Origin: Chamaesiphon sp.
GTDB taxonomy: Bacteria > Cyanobacteriota > Cyanobacteriia > Cyanobacteriales > Chamaesiphonaceae
Reading direction: 5' to 3'
NCBI GenBank assembly: GCA_965246715.1
Contig: CBDFFH010000053.1
Coordinates: 1-64,000, forward strand
DNA: 64,000 bases
Shown: piece after piece, positions 51,949-63,252 of the stretch
How positions within the stretch are numbered: the stretch's first letter is position 1
Layout of the letters: each line of letters begins with the position of its first letter
Notes under the pieces: generated by a model
Seen by the model: the letters and a program-made list of their open reading frames with translations, nothing else
Databases searched by the model: none
Told to the model about the DNA's origin: nothing
Position numbers and translations under genes: made by a program

Positions 51949-54303
51949 TCAATCGATGACTGCTGACGATCTCCGTTTGCGGCGGCGATTTTCAGGAATT
52001 TCGGGAATTTCTACCAGTGGCTCTCCCATTGTTGCTAGTTCCTCAGTCTCGACCCGCTCGTCGCTAGCGGCTTCGAAAGCCTCGACTTGAGGAGTTAGAT
52101 CCACTTCCGCCGTAGCTTCGTGTTCTGGCTCATTATCAGCGACACTCAGTTCTGACACGACCGGAATCTCAAAGTCTGGTGGATCGAACGTCGTTACCAG
52201 CGGTAGCTCCTCAGCTCGTTCTGACGCTGGAACTTCGTCGGCTACTACTGTGGAGTCAGCGAGCGCTTCATCGCGTTCGACTATCGATTCGGGGGGTAAA
52301 GATCCGATCGGGACGATATTAACGATTGCTGTTTTGGGATTTCTTAGCTCCCGTCCCAGCTTGATCGTTGGCGAAATACCCATCCAGGCATAGGTTTCCT
52401 TCTCTAGATCCGACATCTCGATCGCGACGACTTCGGGAGGTTCGATCGTCGGACGTGTTGGTTTGACACGTTGTGGTTTGTTGGGACGGTCGCGATCTTC
52501 GATCGCCTCTTCTGTCGGCAACACTTCTGGGATGAAGGCTTCGAGCGCGGGAGGATTAAAATTACTAAAGATCGAACTCGGCGCAGCGTTATCGCTAGTT
52601 ACTGGCGCACCACTGCGATTATTGGGAACTGGGTAAGTTTCGCGACTGGGGCGAGCTTCGCTGCCAGCGCCACCACGACCTTTAACGACCCGATTGACTT
52701 CCCCATTCGGGACGGGAGTGCGTTCGCCGCCGCCATTTGGGGTCGGACGCGGTACTACGCTGCGGACTTCTTCTTCGCGATCGCGGATGCGACGGCGGCG
52801 TTTTTTGCCAGTACCGTTTTGTTCTTGATAACTGGGGTGATTGACGAGATTGAAATCATCCTCACTCTCGACACCTTCTGGCTCGAACGTGTCCCAATTA
52901 GCCGCAGCGGGCTGACGCTCGGGTACGGGATTGCGCCGAGGGCCGGATCTGGGCAATCCGCGATGCGCTGGAGCGCTACTGTCGCTGCTGCGCGATCGAT
53001 ATTCGCGTTGGGGGGTCGTCGAAACTAGCGAAATGCCAACTGCTTCGCCATCGGCACCGTAGACAGTTTCCCCAGGAACATGAGCTAAGTGACCCAAACC
53101 GCCACAAGTGGCACAGGTTTCGCCAAATAGTTCGTAAATATTTTGACCTTGACGTTTGCGGGTGAGTTCGACTAATCCAAGTTCGGATAACTGGGCGATT
53201 TGGGGTCTGGCTTTATCGACACGCAGTTGTTTATTAAAATGTTCGAGGACTTGCAGTTGGTCTTTGCGGTAATCCATATCGATAAAATCGATGATGATTA
53301 CCCCAGCAATATTTCGCAATCTAAGCTGGCGGGCAATTTCGGTAGCGGCTTCGCAGTTCGTCCAGAGGACGGTTTCGCGGGAAGTATTCGATCGAGTGAA
53401 CGAGCCAGAGTTGACATCGACGACAGTTAAGGCTTCGGTCGGTTCGATGATAATATAACCACCAGAAGGCAAATCTACTCTCGGCTTCAATGATTCGCGA
53501 ATCGCAGCATTAACGCGGAAATATTCAAGAATTGGTTGGCGCTCACGATGGCGATCGACCACTACTCCTTGTGGCAATTGACCGTCATTCCAGCCTTGAA
53601 GTGTTTGTTTGACGCGTTTGAGTCCTTGCTCGGAGTCGACGACGATCCGATTGACCTCGGCCGAGTACATATCCCGCAGCACGCGCTGGATAAAATCATC
53701 ATCCCGATTGAGCAGTGCTGGTGCGCGAGTAGTATTGGCATCCTGCTGGACGACTTCCCACTGTTTTTGGAGCAGTTCCAGATCTTCTAAGATCGCATCT
53801 TCGGTCGTCCCTTCGGCTTCAGTCCGCACCAAAATCCCCATGCCGGCTGGTTTGGCGAGAACGGCGAGGGCACGGAGACGATTGCGTTCGCCTTCGGAAC
53901 GAATGCGGCGGGAGAGATTTACACCTTTGCCAAACGGAATCAATACCACATACCGACCGGGGAGACTGACATTACCTGTCAGCCGGGGGCCTTTATTTCC
54001 GGTCGGCTCCTTCATGATCTGCACCAACACTTTTTGTTGTGGTGCGAGTAGCTCGGTAATCGATCCAGAACTCCGTCTGAGCCGCAGTGGCCCTAAGTCG
54101 GTGACGTGAATGAATCCATTGCGCGATGGGTCGCCGATGTTGATAAACGCAGCGTCAATCCCTGGCAACACATTTTCGACGATGCCAAGATAGATATCAC
54201 TGACCTGATGTTGTCCGGTCGCTACTACCAATTCCTGAATTTGGTCTTCCCCAAATACGGCACCAATGCGGTGTTGCTCCGCAATAATTATTTGCTTTGG
54301 CAT
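51949..54303 (-). CDS. rne: Ribonuclease E/G
   Basis: MPKQIIIAEQ, S1 domain, DVNSGSF, IDFIDM, C..C.G.G zinc link, C-terminal RRRKRRSSA. Confidence 0.97.
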   Translation of the reverse strand: MPKQIIIAEQHRIGAVFGEDQIQELVVATGQHQVSDIYLGIVENVLPGIDAAFINIGDPSRNGFIHVTDLGPLRLRRSSGSITELLAPQQKVLVQIMKEPTGNKGPRLTGNVSLPGRYVVLIPFGKGVNLSRRIRSEGERNRLRALAVLAKPAGMGILVRTEAEGTTEDAILEDLELLQKQWEVVQQDANTTRAPALLNRDDDFIQRVLRDMYSAEVNRIVVDSEQGLKRVKQTLQGWNDGQLPQGVVVDRHRERQPILEYFRVNAAIRESLKPRVDLPSGGYIIIEPTEALTVVDVNSGSFTRSNTSRETVLWTNCEAATEIARQLRLRNIAGVIIIDFIDMDYRKDQLQVLEHFNKQLRVDKARPQIAQLSELGLVELTRKRQGQNIYELFGETCATCGGLGHLAHVPGETVYGADGEAVGISLVSTTPQREYRSRSSDSSAPAHRGLPRSGPRRNPVPERQPAAANWDTFEPEGVESEDDFNLVNHPSYQEQNGTGKKRRRRIRDREEEVRSVVPRPTPNGGGERTPVPNGEVNRVVKGRGGAGSEARPSRETYPVPNNRSGAPVTSDNAAPSSIFSNFNPPALEAFIPEVLPTEEAIEDRDRPNKPQRVKPTRPTIEPPEVVAIEMSDLEKETYAWMGISPTIKLGRELRNPKTAIVNIVPIGSLPPESIVERDEALADSTVVADEVPASERAEELPLVTTFDPPDFEIPVVSELSVADNEPEHEATAEVDLTPQVEAFEAASDERVETEELATMGEPLVEIPEIPENRRRKRRSSAVID

Positions 54304-55167
54304 TCAATTTCCTCGAAAGTTAGCAGTACGTCAGGTCGCCTAGAATCGATCGGGGACGTGCGTTGCTGGTATGATGTAATATAATAATTTAGTCAATGTA
54401 GGCAATTGCCAAGCGCGAGTGCCCGCTCCGATCGCGCGTCGAGTCAGTCTGGAAGTCGTTCTGGCACAAATACCGATCGACCGGACGAACGGTAAAGCTA
54501 TTTGGTTGACATCCTGTGCGTCGCTGGGTGCGCTAACACCATGCTCGGAATTTAGATGTATAGCCACCGCTTGTCGCTCGGATCGCTATCTGCGATTGCT
54601 AGGCGTTCGCGCTGATGCTACCTATTGCCTGTAGTCTCAACTGGTGCCGATATGCTTGAAGGAAGCGATCGGACATCGCTGAAGCTAGTTAGTTGTACAC
54701 AAACGTGGATCGACTGTCTAAACTTCAACAGATAAGCATCCACTCAATTTTCCCTCAATCTCCGACCCAAGTTACTCGATCTAGCAGTGAATCCTATTTC
54801 CACAGGAGTCGCTGCACTGGTGTAAAGAAGCTAACCGAAGAGCGTTCGCGAATAAAAAATTCGCGAACATCGGACTTAAATCTTCAGATGACATCACTGC
54901 GAGCGATCCAACTCAGCAGGCTGTATCTTCTGTAGCTTCTTGAAATTAGGGCGAACTGGAGTGATATTCCGATCTTACCAATTCCCTAAATCTACCGTAC
55001 TTAATAGTTAAGTACGACGTTGTGGGTGTATCCAGAATCATGAAAAATTTGTCAAGTAAACAATCGCCGCCAGTGTGGATTACCAGAACACTCACAGTAG
55101 CCCAGCTTAACTTGTTCTACTTGTGAGGCGATCGCCCTCGGTTGAATTTAATTATACCTGCAAATTG

Positions 55168-56343
55168 TCACGATCTCAAAGCTAACTTACGCAGACTTTG
55201 GATCGTCTCGATCGTTGCCGTGGCGACTCGATCGATCTCTGCTGTAGTATTATTATGCCCGATTCCAAAGCGTAATGCTGCATAAGCTAGCGACTCAGAT
55301 CTTCCCAGTGCCTGGAGGACGTGTGAAGGCGCAATTTTGGTAGAACTACAGGCTGCACCCGAGGCGAGCGCTACCGTCGGCTGCAACCCCAACAGCAGCG
55401 CATTACCATCGACTCCCGCCACACTGATATTCAAGTTTCCCGCCAATCGCTGTGTCGGATGACCGTTGAGATAAATTCCTTCGATTTGACTCACTTGCGA
55501 CCACAATCGATCTCGTAGTGCCAACACATTAGGAATATTTACCTCACGCTCTGCTAATGCAATTTCGACAGCCTTGGCAAAGCCAACGATTTGGGGTGGA
55601 TATAAAGTTCCGGATCGCATCCCGCGTTCGTGTCCGCCGCCATGCAGTTGCGGCGATAATTTGACCCGGGGATGGCGACGACGGACATATAGTGCGCCGA
55701 TCCCTTTCGGGCCATAAACTTTGTGCGCTGTCAGCGACATCAAATCGATCTTTAATAAATTCACATCTAGCGGGATTTTGCCGATCGCTTGTGCTGCATC
55801 TGTATGAAATAATATTTCTCGTTCTTTACAAATATTGCCAATTTCCGCCAATGGTTGCAAAACGCCAATTTCGTTATTTGCAGCCATAATCGAGACTAAG
55901 ATCGTATCGCTACGAATGGCATTTTTTAGTAGTGCTAAATCTAGCAAGCCATCGGTATTAACGGGTAAATAAGTAACTGTAAAACCTAAAGATTCGAGAT
56001 ATTGGCAGGGATCTAAAATCGCATTGTGTTCGGTTTGTAAGGTAATGATATGTCGACCCTTGCTGAAATAGGCTTCGGCAACACCTTTAAGTGCAAGATT
56101 ATTGGCTTCTGTCGCTCCACTGGTAAAGACAATTTCGTCAGAACTCGCACCAATTGCCACGGCTAGGCTTTCCCGCGACTGGGCGACCGCTGCTTCTGCT
56201 TCCCAACCATACTGATGCGTAATACTAGTAGGATTGCCAAAATGTTCGGTAAAATAAGGTAGCATTGCTGCTAACACGAGTGGATCTACTGGCGTAGTTG
56301 CATGATGGTCGAGATAGATGGGACGATGCCGATCGGTTGACAT
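55168..56343 (-). CDS. iscS: Cysteine desulfurase (IscS/NifS group I)
   Basis: YLDHHATTP, TSGATEANN, AHKVYGPKG, SGAACSS. Confidence 0.9.
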   Translation of the reverse strand: MSTDRHRPIYLDHHATTPVDPLVLAAMLPYFTEHFGNPTSITHQYGWEAEAAVAQSRESLAVAIGASSDEIVFTSGATEANNLALKGVAEAYFSKGRHIITLQTEHNAILDPCQYLESLGFTVTYLPVNTDGLLDLALLKNAIRSDTILVSIMAANNEIGVLQPLAEIGNICKEREILFHTDAAQAIGKIPLDVNLLKIDLMSLTAHKVYGPKGIGALYVRRRHPRVKLSPQLHGGGHERGMRSGTLYPPQIVGFAKAVEIALAEREVNIPNVLALRDRLWSQVSQIEGIYLNGHPTQRLAGNLNISVAGVDGNALLLGLQPTVALASGAACSSTKIAPSHVLQALGRSESLAYAALRFGIGHNNTTAEIDRVATATIETIQSLRKLALRS

Positions 56344-56655
56344 ATTTAGTGAAGGAGTTGACACGCTATTGCAAACTGGCAAAGATCTCTCACTGAAGGC
56401 AGAGTATAAGTTCTATTATATGCGGCTCAGTGCTGACGACCCGCTCGGGCGATGCGATCGTGGTTAAATCAGAATGCGGTCGATCGTGTCATAATTAACA
56501 GCGATCGCGCTGAGATCGTTTACTCCCTGGTTGAGATGTAGTTTTGGCCCGATCTCGACACCTAGTTGTCAGCTTGATCCTAACTGGCGATCGCCACTTG
56601 AGTTAATCATTTCGGCTGCATGGCAATGCACCGCTACCACAAGTCTGAGGTTTAA

Positions 56656-57480
56656 ATGGGTACAGTCTCAACTAGTTGTGAATTTCAAGGTGTCGGGCTG
56701 CATTCTGGTGAGATTGCTACTGTCAAAATTTTGCCGACAGCCCCAGGAGCCGGACGGTATTTTGTGCGGACGGATTTACCCAATGCCCCCCAAATTCCGG
56801 CGCAGATCGAGAGTGTCAGTCAGACGACACTCTCAACTGAGTTGACCGCCAATGGTGCTGCGGTGCGAACGGTAGAACATTTACTCGCCGCGCTAGCAGC
56901 TTTGGGCATCACCGATGCCCGGATCGAGATCGATGGGGCCGAATTACCGTTGCTAGATGGCTCGGCACTGGTATGGATTGAAGGTATCGTCAGAGCGGGA
57001 TTCAAGCCCGTAACGGGCGATTTAGCCACCGCTGGGGTGCTAACTACCCCGGTGTGGATTCAACAAGACGATCTCTTTGTTGCGGCCTTGCCGTCGCCAG
57101 TCTTGCGATTTACCTATGGCATCGATTTTGATGTGGCTCCCATTGGCAATCAGTGGCACAGTTGGCAACCAGGGCGAGATGACTTTAGGACTGAAGTAGC
57201 GCCAGCGCGCACCTTTGGCTTGGCATACCAGATCGATCGACTGCGGGCAGCCGGACTGATTAAAGGCGGTAGTTTGGACAATGCACTAGTTTGTGACGAT
57301 CACGAGTGGTTGAATCCGCCATTACGCTTCCCTAACGAACCAGCACGGCATAAACTATTAGACTTAATCGGCGATCTCAGTCTGCTGGGCAAATTTCCGC
57401 AAGCCCATTTTATTGCCTACAAAGCTAGCCACCAACTACATGTGCGATTAGCACAAAGGTTACACGAAATGGGATATTAA
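56656..57480 (+). CDS. lpxC: UDP-3-O-acyl-N-acetylglucosamine deacetylase
   Basis: [33 protein letters not shown]. Confidence 0.97.
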   Translation: MGTVSTSCEFQGVGLHSGEIATVKILPTAPGAGRYFVRTDLPNAPQIPAQIESVSQTTLSTELTANGAAVRTVEHLLAALAALGITDARIEIDGAELPLLDGSALVWIEGIVRAGFKPVTGDLATAGVLTTPVWIQQDDLFVAALPSPVLRFTYGIDFDVAPIGNQWHSWQPGRDDFRTEVAPARTFGLAYQIDRLRAAGLIKGGSLDNALVCDDHEWLNPPLRFPNEPARHKLLDLIGDLSLLGKFPQAHFIAYKASHQLHVRLAQRLHEMGY

Positions 57481-57681
57481 AGAGGGAAGCGCCGCTAAAA
57501 TTGTTCGATCGACAAATAGCTTGCTGCCTGTCTCGTTGCGCTTCCAACTACGCATCGCTATTAACTTACCCCAATACCTACCACCCCCGAATCGCGAACT
57601 TATTTCCAATCTATATTTGGGACGAGAGCGAGCGACGGGGATCGAGAGCCAAAACATCTATCACCCACTAATACAGCGATA

Positions 57682-58245
57682 ATGTCCACTACCCTAAATC
57701 GATCTCAAAATACCAATACCGCGCATGTCCCTGATTCGTCAGAGGCGACACTAGCCGAACTCACACAACCGATCGTCTCTGTGCCCGAAGCCGCAGGCAC
57801 CGTTCCAAAAACTACTTTTAATCTGCAAGAGATTCATAAGCTACTACCCCACCGTTATCCTTTTGCGCTCGTCGATAAAATCATCGACTTCGTACCGGGC
57901 GAAAAAGCAGTTGGCGTGAAAAATGTCACTTTCAACGAACCCTTTTTTCAAGGGCATTTTCCCGGACATCCACTGATGCCAGGTGTGATGATTATTGAAG
58001 CCATGGCTCAGGTTGGCGGGATCGTGCTGACTCAATTGCCAGACTACAGTGGCGGGTTATTTGTATTTAGAGGCATCGATGGCGTGAAATTTCGTCAGCA
58101 AGTGGTTCCTGGCGATCGATTAATTATGACAGTGGAACTCCAAGCGTTCAAACGTCGTCGCTTTGCTAAGATGCACGCTCGTGCTGAAGTCGATGGTCAA
58201 CTAGCTACATCAGGGACATTGATGTTTGCGTTAGTGGAAGTGTGA
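57682..58245 (+). CDS. fabZ: 3-hydroxyacyl-ACP dehydratase
   Basis: [28 protein letters not shown]. Confidence 0.97.
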   Translation: MSTTLNRSQNTNTAHVPDSSEATLAELTQPIVSVPEAAGTVPKTTFNLQEIHKLLPHRYPFALVDKIIDFVPGEKAVGVKNVTFNEPFFQGHFPGHPLMPGVMIIEAMAQVGGIVLTQLPDYSGGLFVFRGIDGVKFRQQVVPGDRLIMTVELQAFKRRRFAKMHARAEVDGQLATSGTLMFALVEV

Positions 58246-58506
58246 AGAACAGTTGGCGATCGACGATAAGCAGATGAAAGTGGCAGCCTCAGCCAAAATT
58301 ATGGGCACAATATATAGGTATCGACCGAATTGCGACAGCCCAATTGTTCGGAGGCTTGCACCATCGCCCATAGCAGCTAGCGATCCACCGAACTCGCAAG
58401 ATGATGGACGATTCTCTTTCACAGAGGCTATGCCAACGAAACGAGCAAAGCATCTGTATCCCAGATCGCCCAACCGCAGGAAAATGACAAGATGGCTGGA
58501 GTAGCA

Positions 58507-59334
58507 ATGTTAATGACACGAATTCATCCCACCGCTGTGGTGCATCCCGGTGCGGAACTCGATCCGACTGTGCAGGTTGGCCCATATGCGATTATTGGCG
58601 AAAATGTAACGATCGGTGCTGGTACGACAATCGGCGCACATGCGGTAATCGAGGGGCCGACGATTATCGGCGTGGGCAATCAAATTTTTCCTGGAGCTGC
58701 GATTGGGTTAGATAGTCAAGATTTAAAATATAAAGGCGGCGAAACTTGGGTTAAAATCGGCAACTACAATCGGATCCGCGAATATGTAACGATCAACCGT
58801 GCCACAGGCATCGGCGAAGCGACAACAATCGGCAATCATAATTTGTTAATGGCATACGTCCACGTCGCCCACAACTGCACGATCGAAGATAATGTCAAAA
58901 TTGCCAATGCGACTTCTTTAGCTGGAGATGTGTATGTGGAGTCTGAAGCTGTCATCAGTGGAGTACTGGGCGTGCATCAGTTCGTTCGGATCGGTAGATT
59001 GTCGATGATCGGTGGCATGACTAGAATCCAGCGCGACGTACCGCCATTTACGATCGTCGAAGGTACGCCAGCTAGAGTTAGGTCGCTTAATTTTGTCGGG
59101 TTGGATCGATCTGGCTTTTTGCCTGAAGAAATTGCCGTTTTGAAGAAGGCTTTTCGCACCATTTATTACTCGCATAAAACGATCCTTCAAGCTTTAGACG
59201 ATTTAGATTTATTTCCTCCCTACGATAGCATTCAACATCTGCAAAGATTTCTGAGATTATCGATCGAAGGTAAAAAAGACAACAAACGGCGCGGCCCGAT
59301 TCCTGGTAAGTCTATTAATAATAAAAGTGAGTAA
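58507..59334 (+). CDS. lpxA: Acyl-ACP--UDP-N-acetylglucosamine O-acyltransferase
   Basis: IHPTAVV, hexapeptide repeats, QDLKY, HVAHNC, HQFVRIG; GGAG before ATG 58507. Confidence 0.97.
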   Translation: MLMTRIHPTAVVHPGAELDPTVQVGPYAIIGENVTIGAGTTIGAHAVIEGPTIIGVGNQIFPGAAIGLDSQDLKYKGGETWVKIGNYNRIREYVTINRATGIGEATTIGNHNLLMAYVHVAHNCTIEDNVKIANATSLAGDVYVESEAVISGVLGVHQFVRIGRLSMIGGMTRIQRDVPPFTIVEGTPARVRSLNFVGLDRSGFLPEEIAVLKKAFRTIYYSHKTILQALDDLDLFPPYDSIQHLQRFLRLSIEGKKDNKRRGPIPGKSINNKSE

Positions 59335-59405
59335 TTAATTTAGTTGTCGGTTATTGCTTGTTAGTCATTGGCGACCACTTTCGTAATTCATAATTTATAT
59401 TTATA

Positions 59406-60575
59406 TTGGCGACTCAAACCAAAACCATCTTCATTAGCACTGGAGACGTATCTGGCGATCTTCAGGGTGCGTTACTGATTACTGCACTCAAACAACTATC
59501 CCAAAAACTAGAGATCGAACTAAATATCGTCGCTCTCGGTGGCGATCGCATGGCCGCAGCGGGGGCAAACATCCTCGTTGAAACTGTGTCGATTAGTGCG
59601 ATGGGTGCGTGGGAATTGTTGCCTTATATCGCACCCACGATTCGAGTTCAGAACATCGCTAAAAAGTATTTAAAAACCACTCGACCGGATGCGATCGTGT
59701 TGATCGATTACATGGCTCCCAATGTGAGTATCGGCAACTACGCTCAAAAGGTATTTCCCGATGTACCGATTACTTATTATATTGCGCCGCAAGAATGGGT
59801 CTGGGCTACTGAAGAAAAAAATAGTAGTAAGATTGTCAAATTCAGCGATGAAATCATGTCGATTTTCCCGGCTGAAGCACGATTTTTTGCCGACAAAGGT
59901 GCCAATGTCAAGTATGTAGGGCATCCGCTAATCGATCGAGTTATTAAGATTCCTAGTCGCGACTCCGCGCGTGAAAGCTTGGGTATCGCTAATGATGAAA
60001 CAGCGATTGCCTTAATTCCCGCCTCGCGGAAGCAAGAACTCAAATATCTGCTGCCCTTCATCTTTCAATCCGCCCAGCAACTTCAGGCAAAATTGCCAAA
60101 TGTCAGATTTTGGATTCCACTTTCCCGTGCTGCTTTTCAAGCGGAGATCGAACTCGCAATAGCTACATATGAATTAAATGCTACTTTAGTTGTCGATCGA
60201 CCGGATTTAGTCCTAGCTGCTGCCGATTTAGCAATTACTAAGTGCGGGACTGTGAGTTTGGAATTAGCATTATTAAATGTGCCGCAAGTTGTTATTTATC
60301 GAGTCAGCAAGCTCACTGCGTGGATCGCTAAAAACATCATGAATTTTTCAATTCCCTTCATGTCACCAGTGAACTTAATCGACATGAAAGCAATCGTGCC
60401 CGAGCTACTGCAAGATGAAGCCAGTGCCGATCGAATTACTGCTGAAAGTCTCGAATTGCTGTTGAATTCCGAACGACGAGATCAAATGCTAACCGATTAC
60501 GCTCAGATGCGACTAGCATTAGGGGAACCGGGTGTTTGCGATCGTGTCGCCCAAGCAATCTTAGCTAAACTTTAG
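59406..60575 (+). CDS. lpxB: Lipid-A-disaccharide synthase
   Basis: STGDVSGD, YYIAPQEWVW, YVGHP, PASRKQE, VPELLQ. Confidence 0.96.
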   Translation: MATQTKTIFISTGDVSGDLQGALLITALKQLSQKLEIELNIVALGGDRMAAAGANILVETVSISAMGAWELLPYIAPTIRVQNIAKKYLKTTRPDAIVLIDYMAPNVSIGNYAQKVFPDVPITYYIAPQEWVWATEEKNSSKIVKFSDEIMSIFPAEARFFADKGANVKYVGHPLIDRVIKIPSRDSARESLGIANDETAIALIPASRKQELKYLLPFIFQSAQQLQAKLPNVRFWIPLSRAAFQAEIELAIATYELNATLVVDRPDLVLAAADLAITKCGTVSLELALLNVPQVVIYRVSKLTAWIAKNIMNFSIPFMSPVNLIDMKAIVPELLQDEASADRITAESLELLLNSERRDQMLTDYAQMRLALGEPGVCDRVAQAILAKL

Positions 60576-60619
60576 ATAGATTCGCCGCTAGCTATTCGAT
60601 CCGAGCGCGATCGTAATTA

Positions 60620-60826
60620 TTATTTGCGGTAATCTGCATCGAGCCAGCATAATGGCAAGCTCTCCCCAGAAGGAAAAATCAGACTTTGTTTTTGAATTGA
60701 TTCGGGGTCTTGTTCTTCTTGACCGTCTTGAACCCGTACCATGATTTTGTCATGAGCGGGACTGATAACTTCCTGAAGATCGAGGATTTCGACTAAAGTA
60801 CCATTTTCTTTGTTCTGTAATAACAT
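60620..60826 (-). CDS. Conserved small hypothetical protein (68 aa)
   Basis: MLLQNKENGTLVEI...QDGQEEQDP...FPSGESLPLCWLDADY. Confidence 0.8.
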   Translation of the reverse strand: MLLQNKENGTLVEILDLQEVISPAHDKIMVRVQDGQEEQDPESIQKQSLIFPSGESLPLCWLDADYRK

Positions 60827-60994
60827 ATTACTTGTAGTTGATAGATTGAATATTATTCTCAGTTGAGGCGACAAATCCCCTACTTTTAGACCGATAGAAA
60901 TGATCGCGCTCGTTGCTCTAGATCGAGCTAATCCAACCGCTTGGCGATTAACTCGATCTAATAACCGTTACCAAAAAGAGCGGATATTATTTGG

Positions 60995-61501
60995 TTAGGA
61001 ACCAGTAACATTCATCTGTTCGTCAGTAACGGTCGGCGGCTCAACGCCCATGTTTGCTACAAAGTCACGTAAAACAGTAATTTGCTCGGAATATTCGATC
61101 GCTTGGAGTTGCTCCATACACTTAACACCTGCTGGCTCTAAGGTATAATCTGCGGGCATGGGCACGATCTTGGTTTCATCCATTCCTTGAGCGAGGAGAT
61201 ACCAAAACAGTAATTTGGTCGTGTTGCTCAATGCACCGTATTCGTGACCAGTGACGCAATCTTTCCGCTCTACTAGGTCGCGTTGCACCTGAAGTTGTTC
61301 TTCATGGCTCATCTGAGCAACCTGTCCGAACAAACCTTCAGCGATCGCTGGAGATGCAGTACTAGCTCCAGGTGCGGCAGGGGTAATGGATTTACCAATT
61401 TCTTTGTAAAGGTACCACAGCAATGCAAGCTTTGTATCTGTCGATAACGCTTCAAATGCTGAAGTTATTTCCTGGTGTACGTCAGTAGTAATAGATGTCA
61501 A
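60995..61501 (-). CDS. Helical carotenoid protein (OCP N-terminal domain homolog, HCP)
   Basis: LALLWYLY, SITPAAPGA, YGALS..TKLLFWY.LAQGM, MGVEP; GGAG-7nt-TTG start at 61501. Confidence 0.9.
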   Translation of the reverse strand: MTSITTDVHQEITSAFEALSTDTKLALLWYLYKEIGKSITPAAPGASTASPAIAEGLFGQVAQMSHEEQLQVQRDLVERKDCVTGHEYGALSNTTKLLFWYLLAQGMDETKIVPMPADYTLEPAGVKCMEQLQAIEYSEQITVLRDFVANMGVEPPTVTDEQMNVTGS

Positions 61502-61822
61502 AATAGTTCTCCAACTCGTCACAAATCAGTATATTCATTCATTTAGACGATCGCGACTAACTTTAGAGAGATACACTCATCTGTCCAAAGACAGATTCAT
61601 AAATAACTATTTTATAATTAACTATAAGTAATTATATTCTGAATGTTGAAATAGTATTCATCTAATAAGAGATTTTCTTTCTTCGTAGCTATAATAACTG
61701 GTTAGATATGCTAAATTCAATTCCACGATCGACAGATAAAATAGCATTAATTTAGATTGAAAGTTAATAATTTTAATCCAATTTAAAAAAATCACAATGG
61801 ATCTCCTGAGTATAATTTAATC

Positions 61823-62227
61823 ATGCAAACTACCTCTTTCCCAATATTTATCAAAAATATTCAGGAACCGATCGTTTATAATTATTTTTCAGGTCTAAAC
61901 GAACATGATTTTGATGGAGTTTCCGAACTTTTTGCAGTAGATGGTTGGCTTCACCCACCTTTTGAAAAAGTAATTAGTGGTAGAGAGGCAATCTGCAAGT
62001 ATTTACAAGTCGAAGCTAGAGGGGTTGAGGCTTTCCCAGAATCCGGCACGATTGTCGCCAATGCTGATGGTGCAACGGTCTATCAAATTGCTGGTAACGT
62101 CAAACTCAGCTTATTTATAATTAATGTGGGGTGGTCGATCGAGTTGAATGCCGATCGAGAAATTGCGGCGGTAAAGGTAAACCTGCTGGCGGAGTTACAA
62201 GATCTATTGCCGCTCAAGCGTGGCTGA
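61823..62227 (+). CDS. OCP C-terminal domain homolog (CTDH, NTF2-like)
   Basis: YF..LN..DF, LHPPFE, GREAI..YL, NVGW, LLA. Confidence 0.85.
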   Translation: MQTTSFPIFIKNIQEPIVYNYFSGLNEHDFDGVSELFAVDGWLHPPFEKVISGREAICKYLQVEARGVEAFPESGTIVANADGATVYQIAGNVKLSLFIINVGWSIELNADREIAAVKVNLLAELQDLLPLKRG

Positions 62228-62234
62228 GGAGCCA

Positions 62235-62819
62235 TTAGATTTTTTCAAACAGGTCGAGCCGATATTTTGGATTTCGGTCAGCTTGGATATGGTGAAGTTG
62301 GGTCGGCGCAAATTCTAGAAACGATTCGTGGACTTCATCGCCAGTGAGGGGATAATCTGGCGATCGCGGTAACCAATGCACCAACAGGAGGTTTCCACCT
62401 GGTTCGAGCAATTCGAGGATGCGCTGCTGGGCTAGTTGGAGGTCGGCGGGGCACCAGTAGTAACCTACTTCCGAGACTAAAATCAGGTCAAATTTGGTTT
62501 GGGGGGACTGGTGGGGAAAGTTCATCAGTTCGAAGCTAACATGCGGGAGCTGCTGACATCGTTCGATCGCTTGGTCTTGCGCGAGTTTGGCGACATCGAG
62601 CGATAGTAAGGTATCGCAGGCTGGTGCGAGTTTTTCGGTGAGTACGCCGATCGATCCGCCGATTTCTAGTGCGGAACGGTAGTGAGGTTTGGGTAAGGCG
62701 GCAATTGTTGCGGCGTATTTCTGGGTTTCGTATTCGCTAGTGGCAAATTTCCACGGATCGGGGTCGGTTTGGTAGATGGCTTCGAAGTAGCTGGCGGGTA
62801 GGGATTGGGACGGTTTCAT
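62235..62819 (-). CDS. SAM-dependent methyltransferase (NodS-like)
   Basis: YFEAIY..DPDPW, ALEIGGSIG, FDLILVSEVGYY, LVHW. Confidence 0.88.
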   Translation of the reverse strand: MKPSQSLPASYFEAIYQTDPDPWKFATSEYETQKYAATIAALPKPHYRSALEIGGSIGVLTEKLAPACDTLLSLDVAKLAQDQAIERCQQLPHVSFELMNFPHQSPQTKFDLILVSEVGYYWCPADLQLAQQRILELLEPGGNLLLVHWLPRSPDYPLTGDEVHESFLEFAPTQLHHIQADRNPKYRLDLFEKI

Positions 62820-62881
62820 GTGGTTGATTTGGGGGACTTATTGTGAGTTGTGGGGTTTTTCTGAGGCTATTGGTGGGGTAG

Positions 62882-62960
62882 AACCCAGATCTGGGGGGTA
62901 AACCCCCCAGATCCCCCACTGGGGGCCGACGGCTTCCCCCAGACCCCCTCCCAAGGGGTC
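62882..62960. repeat. GC-rich REP-like hairpin module
   Basis: gatctgggggg-taaa-ccccccagatc; related in reverse orientation to 23705-23740. Confidence 0.7.
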
Positions 62961-63026
62961 AAGTAGTGGGAGTCGGTGATTCTAATGAGGGGATTTTTTC
63001 TAAAGTCTAAAGATCGATCTCTAATT

Positions 63027-63167
63027 TAACGTCAGTTTGGGCTAAGTAAATTGCTACAACCTAATGATATCCGTACTTTTGAGGGATTTAATCCTCAGTA
63101 TCAACTCACCCCTTACTAATAACATTTGCACTTCTTAACGATAGATTCTTATCCCGAACTGACGTTA
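63027..63167. mobile_element. MITE-like element (141 bp)
   Basis: 20-bp terminal IRs taacgtcagtttgggctaag / cttatcccgaactgacgtta (2 mismatches); no clear target duplication. Confidence 0.65.
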
Positions 63168-63252
63168 CTTTAGGTGGACATCGATCGCCAACTAGGTTTC
63201 AACCGAAGTCTGGAATCTTGGTTGGTATCCTAAATAGCAATTTTTATCTCCG

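Noticed and set aside
58253..58504. 83-aa ORF between fabZ and lpxA
   Set aside because: No recognisable family or RBS; likely an intergenic spacer
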